Part shown: positions 1 to 17,324 of the stretch, piece by piece | Numbering within the stretch: the stretch's first letter is position 1 | Layout: each line of letters opens with the position of its first letter | NCBI RefSeq assembly: GCF_009914755.1 | Contig: NC_060934.1 | Strand: one strand, 5' to 3' | DNA: 64,000 bases | Source of the DNA: the human T2T-CHM13v2.0 reference genome, Homo sapiens | Position numbers and translations under genes: made by a program | The notes under the pieces: model-generated | Databases searched by the model: none | The model's input: the letters and a program-made list of their open reading frames with translations, nothing else | Told to the model about the DNA's origin: nothing

Positions 1-866
1 AATTTAAAGTGACCTTTCATTTAGAAGTTAGAAAATTAGAGGTAGATACTTTGGAATTCTTATTGTCTCTAAGACCATCTCCCTAACCCTGCCAAAAGGC
101 AGGGATACTAGCAATCTAGAAAAAAATATGCATGGAGAGGCTTAGGACCTGCATCATCAAGCACTGCCAGTGGTTCTCAGCAGTACTCATTGGTTGCATG
201 TCAGACCAAGGAGATGTGAAATATATATTTTAGAGATAACCTAAAATCTGTTCTAAAGAACTCCAATGACATTCAACATACCTACTCAAGCAAGAGGGAA
301 AGAAATAATATTGTACACAACCCTAGATTTATCCAGTATGTCTCCCATGTGTATTGAGAGTCAGCTTGTATATCTGGGAAGATGAGAGGGGACAATCTGA
401 TATCACTCATTTACTAGAGGAGAAAACTTAAAGTCTAAAAGATTCAATGGCTTATACAGGTCCTTCTGAAAATGAACAATTTCCATTTAGAGACTGTTCT
501 TCTGCAAAGGTATCTGATCCATTGACACTAGGAAGGAGAGCTGATGCCACCCAGATTATTTCTTCTGGTGTTAATTAATATAATGACTTTCCAGTTAGTA
601 AGTTTTTGCTGCTTTAGAACTTGATCAAACAATTATACTGACAAAACTGTTTCAAACCTATAAAGCTGCTGACATATATACCATGCAAATTCCATTAATG
701 GGAGACCCCTGGATGTCCAGCTTGAAATACCTGGCTATCTACCACCATGAAAAAATTCTGAGTTATGTATAAATAAGTTGATTTATTCATTCACATTATA
801 TTCTCTACCCCACTTCCTCTCTCCCTTCACCTACCTCCTTCATTCCTCCAACCCAATGGTATACAG

Positions 867-1049
867 CAGGAGTTGGCAAACATTTTCTGTAAAGGGTCAG
901 ATGGTAAATAGTTTGGCCTTTGTGGCTCTGCCTTTGTAGCACAAAAGTAGCCACAGACAATCCATAAATGAATGGGTGTGGCTATATTCCAATAAAACTT
1001 CATTTACAAAAACAGATCCAGCTTGCAGAGCTATAGTTTGCCAACCCTG
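867..1049. mobile_element. MER58A-like hAT-Charlie relic
   Basis: Termini CAGGAGTTGGCAAAC...GTTTGCCAACCCTG; internal ttccaataaaacttcatttacaaaaacag. Confidence 0.75.
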
Positions 1050-1057
1050 GTTTGAAG

Positions 1058-1235
1058 CAGCAATTTTCAAACTTTAGCCTGAATCACAATCACATACAGG
1101 CTTGTTAAAATACAGACCTCCGGGCCTCATCCTTAAGTGTCTGATTCAATAGCCCTGTCATGGGGCCTGAGATTTTAATAAGCTCCCAAGCAATGCTGAT
1201 GCTGCTGGTCCAGGGACCACACTTTGAGAACCACT
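1058..1235. mobile_element. MER5A-like hAT-Charlie relic
   Basis: Ends gatgctgctggtccagggaccacactttgagaaccact. Confidence 0.75.
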
Positions 1236-1362
1236 AGTACAGAACAATGGTCTATACTCCTTTCAGCGGAAGGTTAAAATGTAACCAACAATCAAGAATG
1301 TAGAAACTACATGCTGCAAACTTGACTGCTAATTTAATAGAATATTTCATATGAAGACTTAC

Positions 1363-1419
1363 TGTTAAGTGCCATAATATTATCTGTTCCTGGATGATGG
1401 AAATTTATCCCCATGCGTC
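1363..1419 (-). CDS. CPEB3: CPEB3 exon 4 (57 nt; GRMGINFHHPGTDNIMALN)
   Basis: Acceptor ttattttttAG|GACGCATG and donor AACA|GTAAGT. Phase 1 matches the end of exon 3 and the translation matches CPEB3. Confidence 0.93.
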
Positions 1420-2039
1420 CTAAAAAATAAAATAATTTTAAGCAAAAAGAATGTTTAATGTAATCATTTCAAACACATCTTAAAATATAAACATTACAAA
1501 AATCTAAAACAGATTAATCTATAACAATGCTATCAAAGGCCAAAGCAGTTACAACAGTTTTAAAAATTAAGTCATAAAACATACACATGAAAAGTCTTAA
1601 AGCCAAAGTTTCAACAACAAATAAATAAAAAAAAACAAAAAAAGAAGCTTCTGTTATAATAGTCTGAAATTTAACACATCTCCTGCATTCCAATTTAAAC
1701 ATGCCAACTCCTTGGATTAAACATTTTATTTAAACAACCATTTATACTGTCCTTCCATTCAAGCAGCAAAAAAAAAAAAAAAAAAAAAATAGATTCAAAC
1801 AAGTATATAAATTTGAAGCTTAGAGAGAATAAAAAGAGAGGTTTCATAGTGGCTCAAAAATGCAATATAATAATCAGAATGGCAACCAGAAGGAAGACGG
1901 TAAAATTCATAAAAGAGACAGAATGGGGGAAAATGATTGGCCTAAAAATCTAGGGTTCTGGTGGCTCTCCCTAACACTAACTAGTGATATGACCTTGAAT
2001 ATAATGCTAATCTCCACATGTTCATCCTTAAGTCTATAA

Positions 2040-2241
2040 CAGGAGTTGCAAACGTCTGCTGACACAGCTGGCTTCCTGTTTTTGTATGCCTCTGAGTTAA
2101 GCATCATTTTTACATTTAGAAAGGCTTGTAAACACAACCAAACCAAAAATAAAACAAAGAACAATATGTGACAGAGACCATGTGGCCCGTAAAGCCTAAA
2201 ATATTTACTCTTTAGCACTTCACAAAGTTTGCCAACCCCTG
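2040..2241. mobile_element. MER58B/C-like hAT relic
   Basis: gacagagaccatgtggcccgtaaagcctaaaatatttact...gtttgccaacccctg. Confidence 0.65.
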
Positions 2242-2942
2242 GTCTATAAGATGTTAAGTCAGAAACAGATGCTTCAACTAATGGCCCCTAGGGGCAAGAA
2301 TGGAAGATGCAGACATTTTTGTTATGTTTTCTTCATTAATTATTTGGGACAAGGAGGTAGATGTACCAAAAGGAAAATTTGAGAGAGTCTTATATGAAAA
2401 AAAAAAAATGTACTTAGAAAGCTTTCTTGACCAAATTCCTTCAACAAAATAGTTATTGAAACAATGCTTTTGTGTAAAGCTAATATCTATAAACTTGGCT
2501 CTGCAAGGTTTTAATGTTCAATTATGTCAAGGGTTATCATGAAATTCTCAAAAAATGTTAATCTTATTTCACTACCATTGTTTAAATAAATGTCAACAGT
2601 ATTTTGCAGAGAAAGTATACAGAAAAAGCTGGAGATAAGGTTAAAATGATTGATTTTTACAACATACACAGTTTTATATTACATAATTGCAAAAGAGTCA
2701 GTGATCATTTGATGGTAAACTCCGTTACAGGGGACTGGAGGCAAATAGCATTATTAAGTTCTTTTTGCCCAAAAGGAAAGCATCACAGTAGACAAAGCAG
2801 GGCATTTGCCTTAAATAAAAAGGGAGAATCATGAATTCCTAAGCAAATGAAGTTTTTGCCTAGACAGGACCATCCTGATTTCTTATTGCTCCCCAGGCTA
2901 CGATAATTTGTAAAAGGTCATTTCATATTAAGAGGTAGGGAA

Positions 2943-3283
<341 letters not shown>

Positions 3284-4721
3284 TTATATTGGTGTGTATG
3301 TATGTATTGAATGAGAAAATCTTAAATACATCCATAAATAAGAAAATCCACTAGAATTTGATGGATTCTGATAAAACTGTTCTAACTTTATCATGAAGCA
3401 TTATAGAGCTTTCAATGAAAATTTTTAGTTTTTATCGTTTCAAACCTTATTAGGAAAAAAATGTTTCATCTCTCTCTGGTTTTGCAGAGACAATTTTGCT
3501 AGCATTTGTAATATAGTAAAATTATTTTCTTAGATTAGATCATGTTTTCTATTAAAAAGCCATATGAGTAAAATCTAAAAGAACCATCTATTTTTTATAG
3601 ATTTCATAAACGTTTTCATATTTACTAGAAGCTAATTATTAGGAATTTCAAAAACTACCCCATTGTTAAAAGATACATGTACTGTATCTATATATAATTG
3701 TTCTACGTGCCTTACGTTTTTTCAGTTCCTAAGTCATTTTAGAGTCCCTGAAAATTATAGTTGGCAACAAGTGTTATCTCCTACCACCACCTTGATCAGA
3801 ACCTATAATAGGAAAAACTGTCACCAGAACAAGGCTTTCACTCAGTAGGGAGAAAGTATATTCTCATTTCAACTAGCTATCTCAATGTTCTCACCATCGT
3901 TTTTGGATAATCAAGACCTTATTTGGATTCATTATCAAAAAATATTAATATCTATGAAAACTATATGTGATTTACTCTAAACCAGCTTTCATCCTTTTCT
4001 GGGGTATTCAAATATAACAATGATTAGCCAGTCACTGGAAAGTCTACCTAAAAGCCCATCAAGACTTCAAAATCACTGCCCATCAGAACTTAAGGAAATC
4101 GCATATATGGAGGATCTTTTCAAACTTTAACCAAGGAATATTTAGAGGAGGGTGTGCTATCTAAAAAGTTAGCAATATTCCCTAAATATTTCTAGAATAA
4201 TAATAAAGGGTTATCAAGGAAATCATGCAAACCCAAATTTAGCTGATCCTTATTTGACTTCTTTTCTTTCCTGTGTCTACCATTTACGGTAAAGAATTAT
4301 GTAGTTTACAACCACTATATCAAATAAAGTTTTTACATGTTCCTATAACTACTTAGTTTCCCAAATGTAAAGGGGTACCCTTTTTGTCCTCCAGAAGTTA
4401 AACATACCTACATGGATCCTTTTTGACCCTTTCCATAAGCTCCTAGAACTTTTCAGCTTGGAAAGATGAAACTGAAAGGAAGCTTGGTAGTTTTCAAATT
4501 ATTATTCTCTATCGTACGCTGATTACTTCCAACCTAAACTTTCTTATGATGCAGTAAAACAAGAGCCTTAGGCAGTGTTTTGCAGATTGAAAGTATCACT
4601 AATTGGTGAAAAGCAGAACACTTTTTACCTTTCTTGGTATTCTCTCTAATTCTTTGACCTCTTTGACTTCAGCAGGTCTCTGGATGAAAGTGAGCAACAA
4701 AAGATTTTATAAGAAACTCCA

Positions 4722-5065
<344 letters not shown>

Positions 5066-6473
5066 CTAAATATAATCTAATTTTTCCCCCAACTAATAAT
5101 GTAATTTTTTAAAGTAAAATCATTCACAGCATCTTTAAGCTGGTTTCTTTACCTCTTCCAAAAGTAATTTTTAGATTATAAAATGCAATATATTTTCATT
5201 GGAGAAAAATCACATAATGCAAAAAAATGGAGAAAACAAGCTCACCAAGGATAAGCACTGTTAACATTTTGATTTACAGTTTTCCACGTTAGGGAGTGTA
5301 TATGTGTAAAGGTTTCTTTTCTAAAATTGAAATTATTTCATAATTTTTTAACTTAATACATTGTATATCTTAAGTTTTACAGTTATTAAGGAATTTTGGA
5401 GGAAAATAAAATATATAACAGCAAAAGAAAAACTGATTCCAAATTCAGAAGAGGCCATTTCTTTTTTCTTCCTTTTGTCCAACAAATACTGCTGTTTAAT
5501 CAGCTGTGAAAATAGAATCAAGTGCGTGACATCTGATGATTTTTGTATAATGTAGTCTGGTGTTGCCAGCGTGACATTTCGTCACCTGTCCATGGTCTGC
5601 TATTTTTAAATTGTTCTTGTCAGCTAGCTATCTTTTAAGTATAGTGTAAAATGTAAGATTTCAAAAACTGGAAGGCATACTTGGTTTTACTAAGTTAAAT
5701 GATGCTGTGGAAATCTGAGACTGTGTCCCACTTTCCCCACTGCACAGGATCTGATAAATAGGGGTGAGAGGGGATGAAGGGAGAGGTTAGAGAATAGGGT
5801 TACATATGGTTATTCGTTCTGTTAAAATCACAGTCCCATAAGCTCAATTCACATTCATATTTAAAACACTAGTTATAAAAAAAAAACTATGTCTATCATG
5901 ATTCAAAGTTTCAGAATCCAACTAAACTCATGCTTTTATGAGTTCAAAATAAAAACTGAAATTTTCATTAATTCATAATTGATTACGAAAGTCATCTCTT
6001 TACTTCTACAATATGTTATGAGATAGGGAACAACTGCTGTACCTTCCTCTAATCACTCCCTTTGCTCGAAAAAGGCAAGTACTTCAGAAAGCTTCATGTA
6101 ACAGAATGTTAGTGCCATGTTTCAGAAAGACTTACCAGGTAAAATGCATATTCTACTGGGTTTTATTTCCCACTAACTTTCTCTATAAAGTTAGAGAGAC
6201 ATTGCTTTAGAAAAGTATCTTAAAAATGTAATACTGTGATATGTAAAAATATAGTAAACTGTTTTTTAAATCTGTTTTAAGGAAATGATAAAACTTTGAT
6301 ACTAAAATATTCTAAATATGTTCCAAATAACCAATAATCAAAACCTGTGAGCTTAGACCTGAGGTCAAATCCTAGTTTATTCACATACTAATAGCGGGTA
6401 ATTTTTGGCAAGTTGTTAAATATTTTGTGCCTCTGTTTCCTCATTTAATAAAGACTGTACTCGAGAACAATTA

Positions 6474-6827
<354 letters not shown>

Positions 6828-6835
6828 TCAGGTGA

Positions 6836-7131
<296 letters not shown>

Positions 7132-7565
7132 GCTAAAAACTCAGGTAATTTAAATGCTATGCTTAAAGGATGATTACGCAAATTAATGGGAGGGTACTTA
7201 TACAAATCACTCAGTTTCTACTTACTGTCTCTGCCCCCAAGAATGTACAAAACAAGAACCATCACTTCTTGCTGACTTAGAACCTGCCCCCTAACAGTTT
7301 GTGTAATCTGCTAACTTTCAAACAAGATAAACAGATATGGGCTATCAAGGGAAATAACACAAAAATAGAACTGAGCAATAATTCAAGCCACAGAAGTAAA
7401 TAAAGAGACAGTATATTTTTCTGGAACAAACAAGCAAATAAAATGTAATGAAGGCATATTTTTCTAAAATAAGAAGACCTCAAAATTCCGTAAGAGGGGA
7501 CAAATTTTGTGAAAGGCTCTACAATACTAAATTTAAATTGTGATGAATAAAGAAAAATGCCTCTA

Positions 7566-7624
7566 TAACACCAAAGGGGTGGCATTATCTCTTCCATTTT
7601 AACACCAAAGGGGTGGCATTATCT
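7566..7624. repeat. Perfect 25-bp direct repeat TAACACCAAAGGGGTGGCATTATCT x2
   Basis: Copies at 7566-7590 and 7600-7624. Confidence 0.9.
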
Positions 7625-8310
7625 GTTTTAAAGCACTATTACTGAAAGATAAGCTATTTTTCTCTAGACACTCTCAGCATACTTTCGAAAAGCAAAGCTT
7701 TCAATAACAGTTCTCAACTGACACCTGTTCTTTTCACTTTTCAAATCTCAGTTCCATGAATGGTGAGGGAAGAGAAAATTCAAATACATAAAAATGTTTT
7801 ACTAGGCACGAACCCCAGATAGTCAGCCAGGACTATTTTTCTGCTGTAAGAGGGAAATTGCATGGGATGAAGAAAAAGTAACTCCTCCCTGTTTTTGCCA
7901 AGATGCCTGCTATACTGGGCTTCCCCAGTTAGGGTATACGATCTTACTTCTCTGCTCAATGTGCTATAGTTGGTATTTCCTTACTATCCTTCTAGAGTTG
8001 GGAGAATATGATTAATCAAACCTGACCTGACGACCATGAGTTTTCAGAGTGGTTCCATAGGAGCTTAGTGAACCTGCATCATAGGTAGAAAGTCAAGGAA
8101 CAGCTATAAAGAAGACAATAGGGATGAATCTTTTTCGTTATCTCTTACCCCACCTCTCTCAACACGATTAATCCCCTTAATCCTCATAGTTATGAAGAGA
8201 GTTGCATTTTCCTTCAATCCACTAGAAATGAGAACAGAGAACAGTTGCTCCCTCCTACTACATCTGCCAACCCAAGGATTTCTGTACTTCGAAAAAGAAA
8301 TAAGAAACAG

Positions 8311-8617
8311 GGCCAGGGCCAGTGGCTCATGCCTATAATCTTAGCACTTTGGGAGACTGAGGTGGAAGGATTGCTTGAGCTCAGGAGTTCAAGACCAGCC
8401 TGGGCAACATGGTGAAACCTTGTCTCTACAGCAAATAGAAAAAATCAGCCAGGCATGGTGCCTGTGCCTCTAGTACCAGCTACTTAGGGAGCTGAGGCAG
8501 GAAGACTGCTTGAGCCTGGGAGGTCAAGGCTGCAGTGAGCCAAGATTGTGCCACTGCACTCCAGCCTGGGTGAAAGAGCAAGAACCTGTCTCAAAAAATA
8601 AATAAATAAATAAAATA
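8311..8617 (+). mobile_element. AluJ
   Basis: Full dimer, TSD aaataagaaacag. Confidence 0.9.
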
Positions 8618-8714
8618 AGAAACAGCTGTCATTAGAGTATTACCCTCTTCAAAAGCCTCCTTTCTCATCTCTGAGGCATTCTCTCAAACGAAAAGAAAAG
8701 TATATGTAAGACAT

Positions 8715-8749
<35 letters not shown>

Positions 8750-8834
8750 CAGGAGATTATTACCTTATTCCGTTACAGCCAAGCACGTAGTTTGGGATCT
8801 TTAAAAAGCAAAAAATAAATAAATAAATTAGTCC

Positions 8835-9147
<313 letters not shown>

Positions 9148-10093
9148 TCAAATTTTTGTTTAAATATGCATTCTGTGATCTGATTAATGCTATAGAAGAT
9201 ATTTTTCAGTGTGCTGTGAAGAAAGTTCAATTCAGCTTTTATTCTATATAATTTTTATCATGGGGGATGAAATAGAGAAACTTTTAAAATTTCCTACAAA
9301 TATCTTCAAGGCTGGTAAACTGAATACATGACCAAAAAACTATTAAAGCTTATTTACTTTACTAAAACAGAAGTCTCATTATCTCCTAAACTTCCTATTC
9401 TGTTATCTCCCATGCTAATCCTTTTTTCCCCTGAATCAAGAGGATAGTTGAATAAAGAGATTTTTTACTGAATACATTTCTAAGATAAAATATTATTGTG
9501 AACATATTTTTACCATGTTCTTCAAGTACATCTTAAAGTACTAGATATCCTATTTTATTATATATTTTTTACATCATTCAGATTTACAATTGGAAAACCA
9601 AAATAACCAAAAAATTATTTTCCTTTCTCCTTTAAGTGGCTTTGAAAATGGTAAGACGTTTATCCTTCAATAATCACTACTTATGAAAAATATAAAATTT
9701 TGACAACTTGCACCTGAAAAATTTCAACATTTAGCTGAAGTCTAGTTGGAAAGAAGTCAGTACTGTAAGGATACCATACTACTTCCAGCAAAAAATTGTG
9801 GATAACATTTGAGCAGTTTCTAGTGCCAGGGACTTTATTTGATCTTCGCACTCACTCTATGAAGTAGGGAATTTATTTTAACAATAAGAACACTGAGGCT
9901 TTGAAGAGGTTAATTTATCCAGATTAATAGGCAGCCAGAGGCAGAGACAGAATTCACACCCAGGTTTCACTGACTGCAAAGTCAGAAAGACTGAGTTGAA
10001 ATTTCATCTCCTATATGGAGAATATAAAATATCTGGAAGGATGTTAATAAAAATAATAACCTTTGTTACCTCTAGGTAGAGAGTCTCTAGTGA

Positions 10094-10225
10094 TTTTTTT
10101 TTTTTTTTTTTTTTTTTTTTGAGACAGAGTCTCTCGCTCTGTCGCCAGGCTGCAGTACAGTGGCGCAATCTCGGTCACTGCAACCTCCAACTCCCTGGTT
10201 CAAGCAATCACCACGCCCTGCCTCC
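10094..10225 (-). mobile_element. 5'-truncated Alu (right-arm 3' part, AluSc-type)
   Basis: Long poly-T plus about 100 nt of Alu, flanked by agtgattttttt on both sides. Confidence 0.8.
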
Positions 10226-10390
10226 AGTGATTTTTTTTTTTCTTTTTTACTTTCCTTTTCGTCCTTTTACATACTATTTGGATTTCTTATAATGAGTAAA
10301 AATGTATTTTTTTCTGAAAAACAAAGGAAATTAAGCTCTAGGAAAAAAAAACACCAAAACAAACAAACATACAAAAACCAGTTACTCTGG

Positions 10391-11081
<691 letters not shown>

Positions 11082-11508
11082 GGAGGAGGAAAAACCAGAT
11101 AGTAGAGGGAAGTGCTTCCGAACAGACTCATACAGAAGCCACATGGCAGGTCCTCTAGCCTACCATCCTTCTCTTAAAGCTCAATCCACCTAAATGTTTA
11201 TCTCTTTTGACCCAAAGACTCTCACTGTTAATTTACCTTAAGGAAAAGCTATGTGCAAGAACTCATCCATGGCAGCATTACCTAATAATGGAGGAAAAAC
11301 TGGAAACAACCTAAGAGTCTAAAGTCAAGGCCTAGCAATAAATTACAAAGATCTGATAGAAGCATGGATAATGCTTATCATATGAGAATTAGACGAATAA
11401 TACACCATCACAATCTTTATTTTTTAGTTACCTTTTTGTTCTTATAATTTTCTCCACTTTTTAAAGTCAAAAACTTTTTTTTAATATTTTCCTTAAAATG
11501 CAAGTATC

Positions 11509-11803
11509 AGCCGGGTGCGGTGGCACTCCCAGCACTTTGGGAGGCCGAGGTGGGCAGATCACTAGAGGTCAGGAGTCTGAGAACAGCCTGGCCAACATGA
11601 TGAAATCCCATCTCTATTAAAAATACAAAAACCAGCAGGGCGAGGTGGCGGGCACCTGTAATCCCAGCTACTTGGAAGGCTGAGGCAGAATAATCATTTG
11701 AACCTAGGAGGAGGAAGTTTCAGTGAGCCAAGATTGTGCCACTGCACTCCACTGTCTCAAAAAAATAAAAAATAAAAAAAATAAAAAATAAAAAAAAAAT
11801 AAA
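11509..11803 (+). mobile_element. AluS with small deletions
   Basis: Alu dimer with (A)nT tail. Confidence 0.85.
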
Positions 11804-12855
11804 CTCACTTTCCCCAAAAACCCCTTCTTTTCTTTATAACCTATTGACTACTTTCTTTTCACTGGAAAATGAGGAAAGCAGAAGAAAATCATGAGTGTGA
11901 CAAGAAAATGATGAAAGAGATTTCTGGTGTGGCTTGAGGAAATGAGCATCAGGTGTTCACAGTCATTCACACTATAATATGGGCCTAGAGAGAACCAGAG
12001 GGGATTGAATTTCTCACAATTTTGAAAGACATAATGGTTCATACAAGATGGGCATCCCCATGGCTACCTCTTCACAGTTTTCGGAAATTTAGATCTTAAC
12101 CCAAGTATAATGGATATTTCCATAGGTAATTTGCATTACAGTATTTTTAAATATCTTAAGGTATCTAAAAAGTCCTATAACCCATAAAAAGAACTATCTG
12201 TAATTATGAATTAAACACCAACATCTATCCTGAATTTACACAGGCTGTAAAAACAGGAAGTCCTAATATTGCTAACTTTGAGACTTTCTGCCTTATATTT
12301 AACCCAAAACATTTATGTACTTTAAGATATTTTTCTTGTGATTTGGCCTCAGAGACTGCAAAGGGTCACTAGCTGCCCCTAAGCCTGTGTGGTGATACTT
12401 CCTATACTAGGAAGGGGATTATGCTGTAATAAAATAGAAGTCCTTTATATGCAGTTTTCTGAAGCAATTTTTGAAGACTGCTTTACTAACTCTCACAGCT
12501 CCTTGCAGTATATATACATGGACTTAAATGAATTATCCCGGTTCAGCTGAGGATTCCAAATGCACAAAGCCCAGAAAACCTGGCTGCTGGTCTCACGCTA
12601 TTAACTCATAATGTGACTAACCTCAGCTACCCAATTCATGCTCCTGCCAGACATGACTGATAACAATCCACCTTGATTATTATAGGTAGCTGAACCCAGG
12701 TTAAAAAAAATCAACTTTAAATACATTCCACAATGCTTTACAGAAGCAAAACAAAAACAAGCAAACAAAAAACAAACCAGAAAAATCAAAATTATTAAAA
12801 AGCTGATTTTTGCTTAAAACACCAAGCAAGAAATGGACATATGAATATTCCTAAC

Positions 12856-13015
12856 CTGCAAAATGATTCCTCCACATTATATCAGCGAAACTCATTGGTG
12901 GGCCACTGGGAGGGTAGTGTTTACCTTTCAGAGGTTCATGATCAGTCCTTATCATATCCATTAAGGAGTTCTCCAACGAGTGCAAGTTAAAAGTATCATA
13001 GGGCCTACTCCGGTC
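12856..13015 (-). CDS. CPEB3: CPEB3 exon 3 (160 nt; DRSRPYDTFNLHSLENSLMDMIRTDHEPLKGKHYPPSGPPMSFADIMWRNHFAG)
   Basis: Acceptor ttgtttttattcttAG|GACCGG and donor TTGCAG|GTTAGG. Continues the exon-2 frame without stops. Internal alternative donor AAAG|GTAAAC after 12925. Confidence 0.95.
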
Positions 13016-13146
13016 CTAAGAATAAAAACAAAAACAAGACAATACATAAAATTACTTCATAAAATTAACACCATATCATTTGCTTCCTGCTGTGGATTGA
13101 TGACATGAATGAAAGTTACAGAGAGCCCCAACAGCATACAGTCCTT

Positions 13147-13292
13147 CTTTTTATTTGTTTATTTATTTATTTACTTTGTAGAGATGGGGTCTCGCTATGT
13201 TTCCCAGGCTGGTCTCGAATGTCTAGGCTCAAGCAATCCTCTTGCCTTGGCCTACCAAAGTGCTGGGATTACAGACGTGAGCTACCGCGCTG
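13147..13292 (-). mobile_element. FLAM/AluJ monomer
   Basis: (TTTA)n then gtagagatggggtctcgctatg...gggattacag. Confidence 0.8.
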
Positions 13293-13310
13293 ATCCTGCT
13301 CTTTTCATTA

Positions 13311-13619
<309 letters not shown>

Positions 13620-13842
13620 TTAAGTTTAATACAAGTCTCCATAATTAATTAAATTGCATCATTTTCCCTAATACTCTATAATGCAATGTAATTGCAGAGT
13701 GACTTTCTCGCAAAGGAACTAAAATAGTAAATTTAAAAGGACGAGTCAAGTTAATTGGTTTTGCTCTCTACCCTCCACCCAATAACCTTATTGTCAAACG
13801 AACAGAGATGTTCCCCCCACCCCACCCCAGAGAAAGACCACA

Positions 13843-14474
13843 ATTTTTTTTTTTGAGACAAGGTCTTGCTTTGTTGCCGAGGTTGAAGTACAGTGGTGCA
13901 ATCATGGCTCACTTCAGTCCCGACCTCCTGAGCTCAAGCAATCCTCCCACCTCAGCCTCCCTAGTAGCTAGGACACTTGCCACCATGCCCAGCTAATTAA
14001 AAAAAATTTTTTTTTAAGAGATGGGGTCTCACTATGTTGCCCAGGCTGGTCTGGAATTCCTGAGTGCAAACGATAAAGACCACAGTTAAGAACTCAAACG
14101 GAATCATTTTCCTGAAAAACCAAAGGGTGACTATAATTTCAATGAAAATGTATTGGATATCTTTAACATTTCTTTTTTTTTTTTCTTTTTTTTAAGACAG
14201 AGTCTGGCTCTGTTGCCCAGGCTGGAGTGCAGTGGCGCAATCTTGGCTCACTGCAAGCTCCGCCTCCTGGGTTCACGCCATTCTCCTGCCTCAGCCTTCC
14301 GAGTAGCTAGGACTACAGGCACCCGCCACCATGCCCAGCTAATTTTTTGTATTTTTAGTAGAAATGGGGTTTCACCGTGTTAGACAGGATGATCTTGATC
14401 TCCTGACCTCGTGATCCACCGGCCTCGGCCTCCCAAAGTACAGGGATTACAGGCGTGAGACACTGCGCCCGGCC
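13843..14474 (-). mobile_element. Partial AluJ (13843-14072) and AluY-type (14170-14474)
   Basis: Reverse Alus; second has the AluY diagnostic gcaagctccgcc/ttcacgccatt and TSD ctttaacatttct. Confidence 0.88.
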
Positions 14475-14538
14475 TACCTTTAACATTTCTGACCAGTAAG
14501 TTACATATATTGGATACACTTTTTAAAAATAAAAATGT

Positions 14539-14840
<302 letters not shown>

Positions 14841-15138
14841 CTAAGTTGTATTCATGAAGATAATGGCAAAAAGGAAAAAAAATTTTTAATGTGTCCAAAG
14901 TACGAAAATTACCTTTTGAAAAGCACTGACACGAAGAAACCTTAACCCAAAGGAGTATTTTCAAGATGTTAGATTCAAAAACATTTTGAAACTAGAACTC
15001 TAACACAAACTAAGTAAAGAAAAAAGTATTATTTCACCACATTTCACTCAAGCCTTCAGGAAACTATCACCTACAAACTCTTCTTAGTACTCTGAGCCTC
15101 AAGGGAAACACAGCTCATGTTCTAAGTTAATACTAAAG

Positions 15139-15557
<419 letters not shown>

Positions 15558-16867
15558 TCAAACTACAGTGATGAGAGATTATTTTCAGGGTCTTGAGCAG
15601 TCTTTTCCAGCCTTGCACTTGATCATTTATCCTCTTCTATGGACAACACTCACCCATTACCTATCTCTCCCCTTGGATAGGAAAGAGACATGGAATATTT
15701 TCTTTGGTTGTCTACTTTGGTCTCTATACAATCTAAGAAGGTTTTTTCTTTTAAAGTCTTCCTGCAGATCATTTGTTTTGTTTTGGTTCAAGTTATTAGT
15801 GGAAACTCTAAGGAGTAAAGCTGAATTTCCAGAAATGCAGGCTTATCTGTACCCATAAGAGGTGTCTATCATATACTTTGTCCAAAGAAAAAGCCAGAGG
15901 TAAAGAAGTATGCTGATGAGGAGGCAAAATGATAACCTATTTCTGGCACTAACAATCCCAAAATGAATTATCTAGGAGCCCTCTATCACATCCACACTTC
16001 TAATTAGAACTCTGAAGACATGAGAGTGTTTCAGAATAGACTGACATGGTAAGGGAACTATAAGAAAACGCTATTTGAAGGCATTCAAGAATCTTTCCAG
16101 ACAGGACAGTTTATTTTTTCATTTAATTATTGATAATCCCTCAAGGTAGATAACAATATACCCATTTTACACATGAAGAAGGCAAGGTTCAGAGAAGATT
16201 CAAGAGCCCTCAATGCCAAAACCTAAGGAGTATAAAAATCTGGCCAAAGAAATTATTTAAATCCATGGTTACTTCTATAGAAAAACAGCACTGTAACTAA
16301 CTGCACATTACAATGTTTTAATGTAACAGTCAGTTCCTATCACAAATGGATATCTGACATTAGATGACTACCTGTCAGGAAAATAAAACAGGATTTTGGG
16401 AGGAGGGATTCATGTAACTAAATTGAAATGGTTCCCAAACCTGTCAGACTGTCAAAAATCACATGTAGAGCCGATTAAAACATAGATTCCTGGGTTCCAG
16501 CTCAAACCTACTTAATCATAATTTAAAACAAAATAAATTCTGTAACTGGCTAGAGCCACTAAATTGGATGATTCAAGTTAAGCCTTTACACCCATGATTC
16601 TGTTCAGTAAAATTAGACAGTAAAGTGAGGGCAGGGACTAGTGTGAGCAGCAGGCAATAAACAAGCCTGGCTACCTTGCAGAGGGTCAGTTTTGCAGTCT
16701 TCTGATTTACTGAGTATTAGAGAAACAGTTGGTGGCCTAGTTTTTAAAAGCACAGATTTTAAAATCAAAATCCAATTTTCAAATTTTGGCTCTCCCACTT
16801 ACTGGCATGTCACTTTGAACATGCTTCTAAGCCTTGGTTATCTTCATCTATAAAATGGGATAATTTT

Positions 16868-17324
<457 letters not shown>

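Noticed and set aside
8718-8747. Orphan A30 tract (also A22 at 1768-1789)
   Set aside because: No attached retroelement body or clear TSD; treated as a simple repeat
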